From the IMG/VR virus record IMGVR_UViG_3300020420_000671: DNA of 64,000 nucleotides; one strand, 5' to 3'. The position numbers and the translations under genes were made by a program. Under the pieces are notes generated by a model that did no database searches, had not been told where the DNA came from, and worked only from the letters and a program-made list of their open reading frames with translations. Source of the stretch: a virus. Its lineage: Duplodnaviria; Caudoviricetes. This document shows positions 38,446 to 49,200 of the stretch, piece after piece. Position 1 is the stretch's first letter, and each line of letters starts with the position of its first letter.

Positions 38446-41400
38446 ATGGTACAAGTAGCCCGTATAGCTGGTCAGCTTTTACAAGACAACTTACAACGTG
38501 AACTTGCCGACTTGGCATTTGATACGGATCTATTGGTTGTAAAAAGAGATAATACTTTAGGTATTAACACAACCACAACTCCAAGAAATTTAACAATAAA
38601 CGGTACAATGAGAGCCGCATCTGGTAGCTCAGATCCAGATGTAATATTCGGCAACAGTTTTTCCGTTGGTAATCTAACAGTGGCAACTACAGGAATATCA
38701 ACACCAAGTGGTGATGTCAGTATATTGTCAACACATCCTCAAGGATATATTAAAACTAACGGAATAGGCAGTAATAATTTTGCTGTAAGAGATGATGGAA
38801 TAAAAGCATTACAAACTAACGGTAGTGTAGGAATACGTTCAGAAGTATATGACGGACAAACAGCCGCATGGAATTCAAATGGCAACTATGGAAATTACTG
38901 GTATCCCGGACCAATTAATTCGGCTAGTTCTCCACCAAATGATGGAACTAGATTATATGACATAGCTGAATCAATCAGACTAAGAGGCTCGCCTTTTACA
39001 GCACAAGAATTAGAAGTATTTGATTGGGACGATGACGGAAATATTTTGGCTGACGATGTATTAAAAACAGGTACATTGAATACTGCTTACGGCAGTGGCA
39101 CAGCTTTTCCAGCTTCTAGAACTTTAGGAGATCATCCTAGACCAGACAAATTAAAAGCATACATAGAATCAGTATTACCAAGGAGTGCTCCTAAAAAATT
39201 ACAGCTAGACACAGGTAGCACACTGACAGTAACTGGAAATGTACACGCTACAGGAAATATAACTTACGGAGGTACTTCATTAACTATAGGAGATGACTCC
39301 ACAGACACTGCACAATTTTTTAGTGATTTTCATAACGACATAGTACCAGATCAAGATAATGTTTTCCATATAGGAAAAGATGATGACAGTACTGGTGGAG
39401 CAAAAAGATTTAGAATTAATGTTAATACGTTGGTTGCTGACACAGTACAAGCGAACGGATTGATTTATCAAGGAATTGAAGTTTCAAAAGATGTAGGAAT
39501 TATATTTGTATCAAATGGAAATGGTAAAGATACTAATGAAGGAAATAATCCAGGCGGACCTTTTGCTACAATTACAAAAGCATTAAGCGTAGCAAATGAA
39601 AATTCAATAATTTATATCTATCCAGGAACGTATCAAGAAGCGTTTCCTATGACGGTTCCAAGAGGTGTAACTATCCAGGGAGACAATATTAAAAATGTAG
39701 AAATTGTACCTACATCAGCTACCCAAAGCAATGATTGTTTTAAATTGAATCCGGATGCTACTGTAGAAAATTTAACTATTAAGGATTTTTATTATGATTC
39801 AGGCAACGACAAAGGGTATGCTTTTAGATTAGTTGACAATTATAATATAGGAATAATAAATCAAGAAATAGGAAGATCCCCTTACGTAAGAAACTGTACT
39901 GTAATTACAAAGGGTACTACAACATCAGCAAGTGATCCAAGAGGATATGCGTCAGCAGACGCCGGAAGAGGAGCTTTGATTGATGGTTCTGTAGCCCTAC
40001 AGAACAGTAGATCAGCAAGTGTATTATTCCACGCTGTGACTTTTATTACGCCAGGGGTTACAGGACTTGTAGCTAAGAGTGGAGTAAGAGTTGAATGGCT
40101 GAATAGTTTTACATATTTTGCTGAGACAGGAATAAAGTTAGAACAAGGATCAGGAAGAACAGCACCTGATGGTAGTACAGTATATGGTTGTGAACTCAGA
40201 AGTATAGCTAGTGCTAACGTATATGGTAACAAAGGTTTGGTTGCTGATGGAGCAAATAATTTAGCTTACCTCATTAACCATAATTTTGCTTATATAGGCG
40301 CAGGTAAAAATGTTACCAATGACAATACACTTACTATCCAAGCTAATGAAGTAGTTACTACAAATAATGCTAAAGCATATTACACAACACAGGATCAAAG
40401 AGGAAACTACAGAGTAGGAAATAATTTTTTAGTAGATTTAGAAAATGGTAGAACAAGTTTTGATATTGAAAGTATTTTTGCTAGTAACTCTACAGTAAGA
40501 ATAAAAGATGATAACGGAACAGTTACATTATCACCAGGCCAGATAGCTATGGATAATATCTATATCCAAGGAAACACTATTGAAGCAACAAGATCAGCAT
40601 TAGATTTTAATAGTGCTGGCACAATACAGTTCCAAGATAATGTTACTATGCCAAGTGCTACTATGACTGGTAACTTTACCATAGGTGGATCTCTAAACAC
40701 AATTGGTAATTCTCCAACAGACACGGTTGATTTTAACACACCTATTAGTCAAGCATTTGTTCCTGGAGATACAGAAGGACAAAAGTTAGGAACACCTACA
40801 AACAGATGGGCTGAATTAAATTCTGTATCTGCTAACATAAACACAATTAGAATTCAGACAGGACAAATTGGAACTAATGAAACTAATGCTGATTTAAATT
40901 TACAAAGCACAGGTACAGGAAAAATAAAATTTGACAATGTAAGATTCAAGAGCAACATAGTTGATTCAAGCACAGGTGATCTTGTAATAAAACCAACTAC
41001 TGAATTAAAAATTGATGCTACAGGCGAACTAAGATTACCAAAAGGAGAAACAGCTCAACGTCCTTCCACGCAAGGTGGTATAAGATTTAACACAAATTAC
41101 AACGGCTTTGAAGGAACTTCAGTAAGCGGATCTGTTAGCTTACAAGGTATATATGATTCAGACAGAGATACCTATTTAGATTTGTCAAATAATCAGTTCA
41201 ATTTTGTTACAGCAGGACAAACTAATCACACCCTAAATGGTACATTGTTAGAAAGCACAGGATTCAGTTCAGATCATAAACTATCTATAGATGGAAATGT
41301 TGTGTCTACTGACCAGCAAGACGGAACATTTCAGCTTAAATCTAACGGTACAGGAAAAACTGTAATAGGAGATTTACAGTTCCAAGAAAGCAATCTATTC

Positions 41401-41676
41401 AATGATTCTAACAGTAATTTTACATTTAATTTGACAAACACAAGCGGAAATGCTTACTTAAAATTTGATAACGTAAACGGTATGATTCCGCCATTTGGTA
41501 ACACAGCACAAAGACCTACAAGTCCTGAAATAGGTAATACTAGATATAACACGCAACTAGAAAGAGTAGAAACCTGGAACGGTACTAACTGGATTAATGC
41601 CGCGGGAGAAGTTGAAAGTATACTTGCTGGTGACGTTGAAGAATTAGCCTATTTATTCAACCTTATATTAGATTAA
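38446..41676 (+). CDS. Large tail-fibre/virion protein with a beta-helix-like domain
   Basis: IFVSNGNGKDTNEG..PFATITKAL..IYIYPGTYQE; paralogous to 41814; late box ATAAATA 38414-20. Confidence 0.75.
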   Translation: MVQVARIAGQLLQDNLQRELADLAFDTDLLVVKRDNTLGINTTTTPRNLTINGTMRAASGSSDPDVIFGNSFSVGNLTVATTGISTPSGDVSILSTHPQGYIKTNGIGSNNFAVRDDGIKALQTNGSVGIRSEVYDGQTAAWNSNGNYGNYWYPGPINSASSPPNDGTRLYDIAESIRLRGSPFTAQELEVFDWDDDGNILADDVLKTGTLNTAYGSGTAFPASRTLGDHPRPDKLKAYIESVLPRSAPKKLQLDTGSTLTVTGNVHATGNITYGGTSLTIGDDSTDTAQFFSDFHNDIVPDQDNVFHIGKDDDSTGGAKRFRINVNTLVADTVQANGLIYQGIEVSKDVGIIFVSNGNGKDTNEGNNPGGPFATITKALSVANENSIIYIYPGTYQEAFPMTVPRGVTIQGDNIKNVEIVPTSATQSNDCFKLNPDATVENLTIKDFYYDSGNDKGYAFRLVDNYNIGIINQEIGRSPYVRNCTVITKGTTTSASDPRGYASADAGRGALIDGSVALQNSRSASVLFHAVTFITPGVTGLVAKSGVRVEWLNSFTYFAETGIKLEQGSGRTAPDGSTVYGCELRSIASANVYGNKGLVADGANNLAYLINHNFAYIGAGKNVTNDNTLTIQANEVVTTNNAKAYYTTQDQRGNYRVGNNFLVDLENGRTSFDIESIFASNSTVRIKDDNGTVTLSPGQIAMDNIYIQGNTIEATRSALDFNSAGTIQFQDNVTMPSATMTGNFTIGGSLNTIGNSPTDTVDFNTPISQAFVPGDTEGQKLGTPTNRWAELNSVSANINTIRIQTGQIGTNETNADLNLQSTGTGKIKFDNVRFKSNIVDSSTGDLVIKPTTELKIDATGELRLPKGETAQRPSTQGGIRFNTNYNGFEGTSVSGSVSLQGIYDSDRDTYLDLSNNQFNFVTAGQTNHTLNGTLLESTGFSSDHKLSIDGNVVSTDQQDGTFQLKSNGTGKTVIGDLQFQESNLFNDSNSNFTFNLTNTSGNAYLKFDNVNGMIPPFGNTAQRPTSPEIGNTRYNTQLERVETWNGTNWINAAGEVESILAGDVEELAYLFNLILD

Positions 41677-41703
41677 TTACATAATTCACATAAATAAGTA
41701 TAA

Positions 41704-41800
41704 TGCAACAAAGAGCAGGCCAAGCTGTTGCAGTACAAACTGTGGTTAGCCGGCAAAGAGCAAATGCTGTAAATCGGGCTAGAGGGACAGGATCCCCGTA
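41704..41800 (+). promoter_or_regulatory. Structured 5' leader of the 41814 gene
   Basis: After late box 41690-96: stems TGCAACA/TGTTGCA, TAGCC/GGCTA and GGGA/TCCC, ending just before RBS GAGGAG. Confidence 0.5.
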
Positions 41801-41813
41801 TTGAGGAGTAGAT

Positions 41814-44800
41814 ATGGCAATCGGTCGTATATCCGGTCAGCTCTTGAAGTCAAATCTTACGCGAAATGGTGTAGATTTAGCTTTTGAGACAGACCTTTTA
41901 TATTTGGATGTAACAAATCGCAGGATAGGCGTAAAGACAACATCACCTCAATATCCATTAGACATTAACGGCGTTGCCCGTGTTACAGATCTAGAAATAA
42001 CTAATAATACATTCCAAGTTGGAAACATTACGCTTAATGGTTCTACAAACACTATTTCTACATCTGCTCAAGAATTTAACATTGCTACAGCTGACAATAC
42101 TATTGTAGGTAATAGAGTATTGGTAGGCGATTTAGAAATTAATAATAATCACATTGAAAATACAAATACTAATAGCGATTTGTTTATTAGAGCCAACGGT
42201 ACAGGTAATATTAATGTAATAGGTAACACTAACATTAATGGTAATTTACATGCTACAGGTAATATCTCAGCAGATGGTAATATTACATTAGGTGATGCTG
42301 ATACTGATAGCATCTTTATTAATGCTGATATTGCTAGTGATATCATGCCAGATGTTGATAACACATATGACATAGGTAAAGTAGGAAAACGTTGGGCTAC
42401 TGGTAGATTTGCTAACGTAACAACTAATACATTAACAACAAACGATTTAGATTTTGGAAGCATTGATTTGATTTCAGTGCCGGGTAATATAATATATGTA
42501 GCTACCAATGGTGGAGATACAAAAACAGGAACACACCCACAGGATCCTGTAAGAACTATTGCGAAAGCATTAACACTTGCTTCATTAGGAGATACTGTTT
42601 ACATTTATCCAGGACAATATCAAGAAGCATTTCCGTTGAATGTTCCTCTTGGTGTAACTGTTAGAGGACACAGTTTAAGATCAGTTGAAGTTTCTCCAAC
42701 AAGCGGATCACAAAGCAATGATGCTTTTTTATTACAGGGCGACTCTGCTGTAGAAGATTTAACTATTAAAGATTATTATTACAATTCAGGAAGTGATACA
42801 GGTTATGGATTTAAATTTGCTCCTAACTTTAGAGTGTATTTAAGATCTCCATACATTAGAAACGTTACTGTGATCACAAAAGGAACTACAACTTCAACAA
42901 CAGATCCAAGAGGATTCGATTCAGGTGATGCTGGAAGAGGAGCCCTATTAGACGGAAGCATAGCAAACAGTGATTCAAGAGAAGCATCTATGTTGTTTCA
43001 TGCGGTTACATTTATTACTCCTGGACAAACAGCATTAAAAATTACCAATGGTTCAAGAGTAGAATGGTTAAATTGTTTTACGTATTTTGCTGACAAGGGA
43101 ATTGAGATTGTTGACGGAACCTCTGGACTTAAAGGTGACGGTAAAACAAAAATAAAATATAGTGGATTATCAGGATCAGCACCAGGAGCAGGTAATACAA
43201 TTACACTTTATAATGCGGCTGGTACACAATTAGCAACAGCAACCATAGAATCGGTAGCAACTAATGAAGTTATTATAGACGGTAAACCAACAGGATTTAT
43301 TACTCCATTAAGTAGAGCAAAGAAAACTGTAACAGCAGTTGGAAATGCTCAAATTACAACATCTAGTCCAGTTAAGTTTGGATCTGGAATGGGTCTTTTA
43401 GATGGAACTGGTGATAGATTTAGCATTACAACATCTTCAGACTTTGGTTTTGGAACTGGTGACTTTGATGTTGAGGCTTGGATTTATATTTCAGATGATA
43501 CAGGTACAGAATCATTATTTGATTTTAGAGCAGGTAGTGATACGGATAACGGATTACATGTTTATTTTGTAGATAGAAAGCCAAAGGTGTACATAGGAAA
43601 TACAGAAATTTTAGCACCAAACGTAACTCTTACAAATACAACTTTTTATCACGTAAGTGTAACAAGAGTTGGAAATACTTTGAGCTTGTTTATTGACGGC
43701 TTACTACAACAAAACGTGGTTAATACAACTGACTTAGGCACAACCAAACCTTTAATTATAGGATCTAAGTTTGACGGAAGTTCAAGCGATTGGCAAGGTA
43801 GAGTAGATGACGTTAGAATAAGAAAAGGCACAGGTGTAAGCTCTGCTCCTGGATCAGCACCAACTGCTCCAAAGGTAGTTGACCAATATACTGTTTTAAA
43901 ATTAGACTTCAACGGTGATAATGGAAGTCAATCAATTATTGATGACGATACATTTATACAAGACATTAGATTTAATAACGGAGCAACAGCAACAGCATTT
44001 ACATTAATTGATCAATCCGACTTTGGTGGAGAAATAAGATCAATTGCTAGTGCTAGTGTATACGGAAATTACGGAATATACGGTGACGGACCAGGTGTAA
44101 TAGTATATGCTATCGGAATGAATCTAGCATACATTGGTACAGGTAAAGATGTAACAAATGATACAACACAAGTCATACAAGATAATGAAGTCACAGCGTT
44201 GAATGGTGCTAACATTTATTTTAGCACAGTTGATCACAAAGGTGACTTTAGAGTTGGAGATTTATTTAGAGTAAATCAATCAACAGGAGAAGTTACTTTT
44301 ACCAACGCAGAATTTTTATTTAACAACAACCAAGGAATAACTTTTACCGACGGAGTTAATACAACAATTATCGACGGAACTAAAGTAGAATCTGGTGCTA
44401 TAAGAATTACAGGAAACACAATATCAAGTACAAGTGGTGATATAAATTTAAATAGTTCATCTGGAACTATTAACTTATTAGACAATGTTGCTATCACAGG
44501 AAATTTAGATGTTACCGGAAATGTAAGTGTTGGTGGAAATATTACATTAGGTGATGAAGCTACTGATACAATTGATATTCAAGCTAGAATTGCTAGTGAT
44601 ATTGTTCCAAGCGTAGACAATACTTACAAATTAGGAACTAACTTATTAGCTTGGTCCGAATTAAACGTAGGAAAAGTTGTTGTTGATGATATTACAATAG
44701 ATAATGATACAATTCAATCTACAGGAAGTGATGGAAGTATAAATCTTGTTCCAAACGGATCAGGAAAAGTTGTAATTGATAATTTAAAATTTGATTCTAA

Positions 44801-45536
44801 TATTATTTCTAATGATAGTGGAGACATAGTTTTAGATCCTAGCAGTGAATCTGTACAGATTGACAGCACAGGAGCATTGGTGTTACCTAAAGGAACAACA
44901 GCTCAAAGGCCTGGATCTGCTATCACTGGTATGATAAGATACAATACAGACACGAATGTTTTTGAAGCATATGACGGACAGTGGACTGAATTAGGTGGTG
45001 TATACGATGATGACAGAGATACTTATATTACACCAGAACTAACACCTGGCGCAGATGACGATACAATACGCTTTTATGCTGGTGGATCTGTTGTAGCAGA
45101 CGTTACAGCTAATAGATTTGATGTTAAAAAATTAGAAGTAGATGACATATCTGTATCAGGAAATACGCTTCAAACCATAACAACCAATCAAAACTTGGTG
45201 TTAACAGCAAATGGCGGCGGATTTGTTTCCATAGAAAACTTTAGTTTTAACGGAAATCAGATAACTAATACTATAGACGGTGCTGTTACTACATTAAAAC
45301 AGACAGGTACTGGATATTTTAAAATTGACGGTACTGGTGGATTTGTAATACCTGTAGGCACAAACGCTAATAGACATCCAACTCCTGTAACAGGAATGAT
45401 GAGATATAACAGCGTAGCTGACAGGGTTGAAATCTACGATATAGGTGGTAACTGGGTATCAGTTGCTGGTTCAACTGGTGCTGTTTCGTTTAACGATGCG
45501 GAGGAAATAGCTATCAAACTTGCTTTGACAATTTAG
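41814..45536 (+). CDS. Large tail-fibre/virion protein with beta-helix and LamG-like insert
   Basis: IYVATNGGDTKTG..; SPVKFGSG..DGTGD..FGFGTGDFDVEAWIY..YHVSVTR LamG-like module. Confidence 0.75.
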   Translation: MAIGRISGQLLKSNLTRNGVDLAFETDLLYLDVTNRRIGVKTTSPQYPLDINGVARVTDLEITNNTFQVGNITLNGSTNTISTSAQEFNIATADNTIVGNRVLVGDLEINNNHIENTNTNSDLFIRANGTGNINVIGNTNINGNLHATGNISADGNITLGDADTDSIFINADIASDIMPDVDNTYDIGKVGKRWATGRFANVTTNTLTTNDLDFGSIDLISVPGNIIYVATNGGDTKTGTHPQDPVRTIAKALTLASLGDTVYIYPGQYQEAFPLNVPLGVTVRGHSLRSVEVSPTSGSQSNDAFLLQGDSAVEDLTIKDYYYNSGSDTGYGFKFAPNFRVYLRSPYIRNVTVITKGTTTSTTDPRGFDSGDAGRGALLDGSIANSDSREASMLFHAVTFITPGQTALKITNGSRVEWLNCFTYFADKGIEIVDGTSGLKGDGKTKIKYSGLSGSAPGAGNTITLYNAAGTQLATATIESVATNEVIIDGKPTGFITPLSRAKKTVTAVGNAQITTSSPVKFGSGMGLLDGTGDRFSITTSSDFGFGTGDFDVEAWIYISDDTGTESLFDFRAGSDTDNGLHVYFVDRKPKVYIGNTEILAPNVTLTNTTFYHVSVTRVGNTLSLFIDGLLQQNVVNTTDLGTTKPLIIGSKFDGSSSDWQGRVDDVRIRKGTGVSSAPGSAPTAPKVVDQYTVLKLDFNGDNGSQSIIDDDTFIQDIRFNNGATATAFTLIDQSDFGGEIRSIASASVYGNYGIYGDGPGVIVYAIGMNLAYIGTGKDVTNDTTQVIQDNEVTALNGANIYFSTVDHKGDFRVGDLFRVNQSTGEVTFTNAEFLFNNNQGITFTDGVNTTIIDGTKVESGAIRITGNTISSTSGDINLNSSSGTINLLDNVAITGNLDVTGNVSVGGNITLGDEATDTIDIQARIASDIVPSVDNTYKLGTNLLAWSELNVGKVVVDDITIDNDTIQSTGSDGSINLVPNGSGKVVIDNLKFDSNIISNDSGDIVLDPSSESVQIDSTGALVLPKGTTAQRPGSAITGMIRYNTDTNVFEAYDGQWTELGGVYDDDRDTYITPELTPGADDDTIRFYAGGSVVADVTANRFDVKKLEVDDISVSGNTLQTITTNQNLVLTANGGGFVSIENFSFNGNQITNTIDGAVTTLKQTGTGYFKIDGTGGFVIPVGTNANRHPTPVTGMMRYNSVADRVEIYDIGGNWVSVAGSTGAVSFNDAEEIAIKLALTI

Positions 45537-45547
45537 GATAAAAAAAT

Positions 45548-45877
45548 ATGGCAACAAATTTTAGAAACATAGTAGGAAAAGACATAGGAACGCAGAGAGT
45601 GGCGGTATACACAACACCTTCGGCAACTAGCACTACAATTATAGGAATGAACATAGCAAACTTAACTGATTCAATGGTAAATTGTACACTAGAGTTAGGC
45701 GACGAAGGAAGTACTATTGGTACATTAATTAGAAATATGCCAATAGCACCAAACACGGCAATGAAACCAATAGGTAAAGGTGAGAAAATTGTTATGGACG
45801 CAAACAACGTTTTATATGTAACCGCGAGTCAAACAGCATCATTAGATGTTATACTCAGCATAGTGGAGATAGTATAA
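45548..45877 (+). CDS. Small fibre-associated protein (paralogue 2 of 3)
   Basis: VYTTPSA..MNIAN..EKIVMDAN. Confidence 0.7.
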   Translation: MATNFRNIVGKDIGTQRVAVYTTPSATSTTIIGMNIANLTDSMVNCTLELGDEGSTIGTLIRNMPIAPNTAMKPIGKGEKIVMDANNVLYVTASQTASLDVILSIVEIV

Positions 45878-46236
45878 TGGCTGATACATTTTTAGGACAA
45901 AGTATTACTGATATGGTTGCTCAAACCGATCAGAGATTCTTTTATGGATTACGAAGAACAGCAGATGGTGAACTTTTTATTGCTAAAATAGATCAACTAC
46001 AGGCAAATGATAGTTTAGTTGTAAACAATGAAGGTGATCCAACACAAAATTATGAAGATTTTGAACAAGGGCAAGATTTTTACGAAGGCAGAAACGTAAA
46101 TCATGAAATTGTTTATGAAAACTTAAATTATGAACAATTTAGATGGGATAACAGAAGTATCAATTACTACATAGATGATAGTGGTAATCTTGTTGCTAGA
46201 ATTAATGAAGGGTACACATACCCTACAGGAGTATAA
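45877..46236 (+). CDS. Hypothetical virion-module protein
   Basis: TAATG coupling with the upstream gene, in the structural operon. Confidence 0.7.
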   Translation: MADTFLGQSITDMVAQTDQRFFYGLRRTADGELFIAKIDQLQANDSLVVNNEGDPTQNYEDFEQGQDFYEGRNVNHEIVYENLNYEQFRWDNRSINYYIDDSGNLVARINEGYTYPTGV

Positions 46237-46259
46237 TAAATACATAAAAGGTTGAGAAA

Positions 46260-49200
46260 ATGGCAGATTTTAAGTTAAGCAGAGTTAGATTTAATTGGAA
46301 AGGTAGTTGGACCGGAGGCGGCAATTATATCGTTGACGATATGATTGAATACAATGGTTACACTTATGTGGCATTAAGAACACATATTTCCGCAGACTTT
46401 TATAATGATCTAGCAGGTACAGATAAAACTCCTGCTCAACCTAAATGGAAAAAACAATCAGAAGGTGTAAGTTGGAAAAAAGATTGGTCAACTAGCACTT
46501 TTTACTCAGTAGGAAATATTGTAAAATATGGTGCTAGTGTTTATGAATGTACAGAATCACATACATCATCATCTACTTTGGCATCAGGCACTGACGGACT
46601 TGTAGCAGATATTAACAAGTGGACACTTGTTGCTGTTTCATCAGCAGATTGGAAATACAACTGGACAATTAATACTCTTTATAGAATCAACGACCTTGTA
46701 AGATACAATGGTAAAGTTTACAAATGTACAGCTCAACACGTATCAGCCGCAACAATATTATTGGGATTAGAAGCAGACCAATCTAAATGGACTGTTTTAT
46801 CAGATTCTGATACTTGGAGAGCAACTTGGGCAATTGGAACAAGATACAAAGTAAATGATATTGTTAAGTATGGTGGTATTGTTTATAAATGTATTACAGG
46901 TCACACTTCAGCAGACAACACAACATTAGGACTAGAAGAAGATCAATCTAAATGGGAAATACAAATTTCCGGAATAGAATATATTGTTAATACCGATGCT
47001 AACACAGGATTGATATCAGGAGAATGGGTAGGCGGAACTCGTTATAAAGTAAATGATATTGTAAAGCGTGGCGGCAACATAATGAGATGTATTGTTGGTC
47101 ATACAGCAACAGCCGGTGACGCTGGATTCAACACAGACTATGGAACAGGCAAATGGACAACCTACTTACCGGGTACAACATATGACAATATTTGGGACAA
47201 CGGTGTATATTATCAAAAAGGAGATTTGGTATTATACGGTGGTTACATTTATAAAGCGGTTACTTTCAACACAGGCAAAGAACCAAGTCAATACGGATCA
47301 GATTGGAATTTAACATTTGAAGGATATAAATTTAGAGGTGATTGGAACAACGCAGGATCAGCAGATAGTGCGGATGTAAACTATAAAACTGGAGACATTG
47401 TAAGACTAACAGGAAACTTATATATTGCTATCCAAGATAGCACAAACTTACAACCAGATCAGTGGCCAACTTATTGGGAACACCTAGTAGACGGCAGAGC
47501 ATTTAGAAACTTCTGGGAAGATAACACAGAATATTACAAAGGTGATATAGTGACTTGGGCAGGTACTGCTTATGTAGCTTTAGTATATCATCGTTCAACT
47601 GAATCAGCATCAAGACCAGACTTAGATGTAGAACAACCAGATCAAAATTACTGGAAGTTAATGATTCTAGGAAATAGAACTAACAAACTTGCTAGAAAAG
47701 GTGATTTAAAAACCTTTGAAGACCAAGACTCAACTGCTATTGATACACAAAGATTAGCAATAGGACAGGATGGTGCGGCATTAATATCAACCGGTACAAT
47801 GCCAGCTTGGGATTTAATTGATTTAGCAGACAAAGTGTATTATGTTTCACTAGACGGAATAGATGATCCAGATAGAGGAGGCACTCTTAATGCTCCATTT
47901 AGAACAGTAAGATATGCCACACAATATCTATTCCAAGATGAAGTAAACAGAGTAGGTATTGGAGCAACTATTTTTGTAACAGCAGGAGATTATAAAGAAA
48001 TACTTCCAATAAGTTTACCAGCAAAGGTAGCATTGGTTGGAGCAGAACTGAGATCCACAAGTATTAGTCCTGCTATTAACGGAACAGATGTTGTACTTGG
48101 TCCAAGAAATGCCGCAGGAATACAAGAAGCTTTAACAATTCCTTCATTGAACGAAAGAAATAATATGTTCTATGTAAGAAACAGTTGTGGCATAAGAAGA
48201 CTTACTCTAAGAGGATTGACTGGAGTATTAAGTGTAGCAAACGCTTATGGTACAAAAAGACCAAGTGGTGGAGCATTTGTATCACTAGATCCAGGTACTG
48301 GTACATCTGATACTGATGTTTGGATTGCTAGTAAGGCAAAAGCGTATTATACACCTTCAACTGCTTCTTATAATCCAGCAGACGGTGTGTTTACAATGAC
48401 TTTACCTACACAACAGTATACGGTAACTGATGCTACATATGATCCTAAGTCAGGAGTAATGGTAGCTACAATAGGTAATCATACACTAGACGTTGGAGAA
48501 ACAATTAGAATTGCGACAGAAAGCGTATCGTTTACGTGTTCAAAAGACAATTATAATTCAGTCCATGCTTATCCAAGAATAAGTGATCCGGCGGCAGGTA
48601 CAGATATAAGAATATTTGATAAATCTGCTACAACTATTTCAGTAAATGTTGGTAAGAGTAAAGATAACGATCAATATACCCATAAATTTTCAAGTGCTAC
48701 TAACAACGGTATAACTTGGAATCATAATTTAAAAGTTGGTAATTCAATAGCGATTGCCGGCAATGCTTTTACATTTACTTGTACAATGGACGGAAACACA
48801 GCACAGAAGACATATCCAAGAACAACAGATCCTGCTTACAATCAAAAATTAGCAATTACAGCAGTAACTACTGAAACCTTTACAGTTAATGTAGGAAAAT
48901 CAAGTGCTAGTGATCAATATGCTCATACTTTTGTTTCAGTAACACCTGAATCAGTGAGCTTTGAAAGAATATCAGCAGGACGTTCACCATATATCCAAGG
49001 TGTAACAACAATAGGTGATAATTGTATTGGAATGAAAATTGATGGAGCATTACACAACGGCGGAAATAGATCAATCGTTGCTAATGACTTTACACAAGTT
49101 TTATCAGACGGTATAGGTTACTGGGCAACAAACTTAGGACGTTCAGAACTTGTATCGGTGTTTACATACTACGCTCACATAGGATACCTAGCTGAAAACG

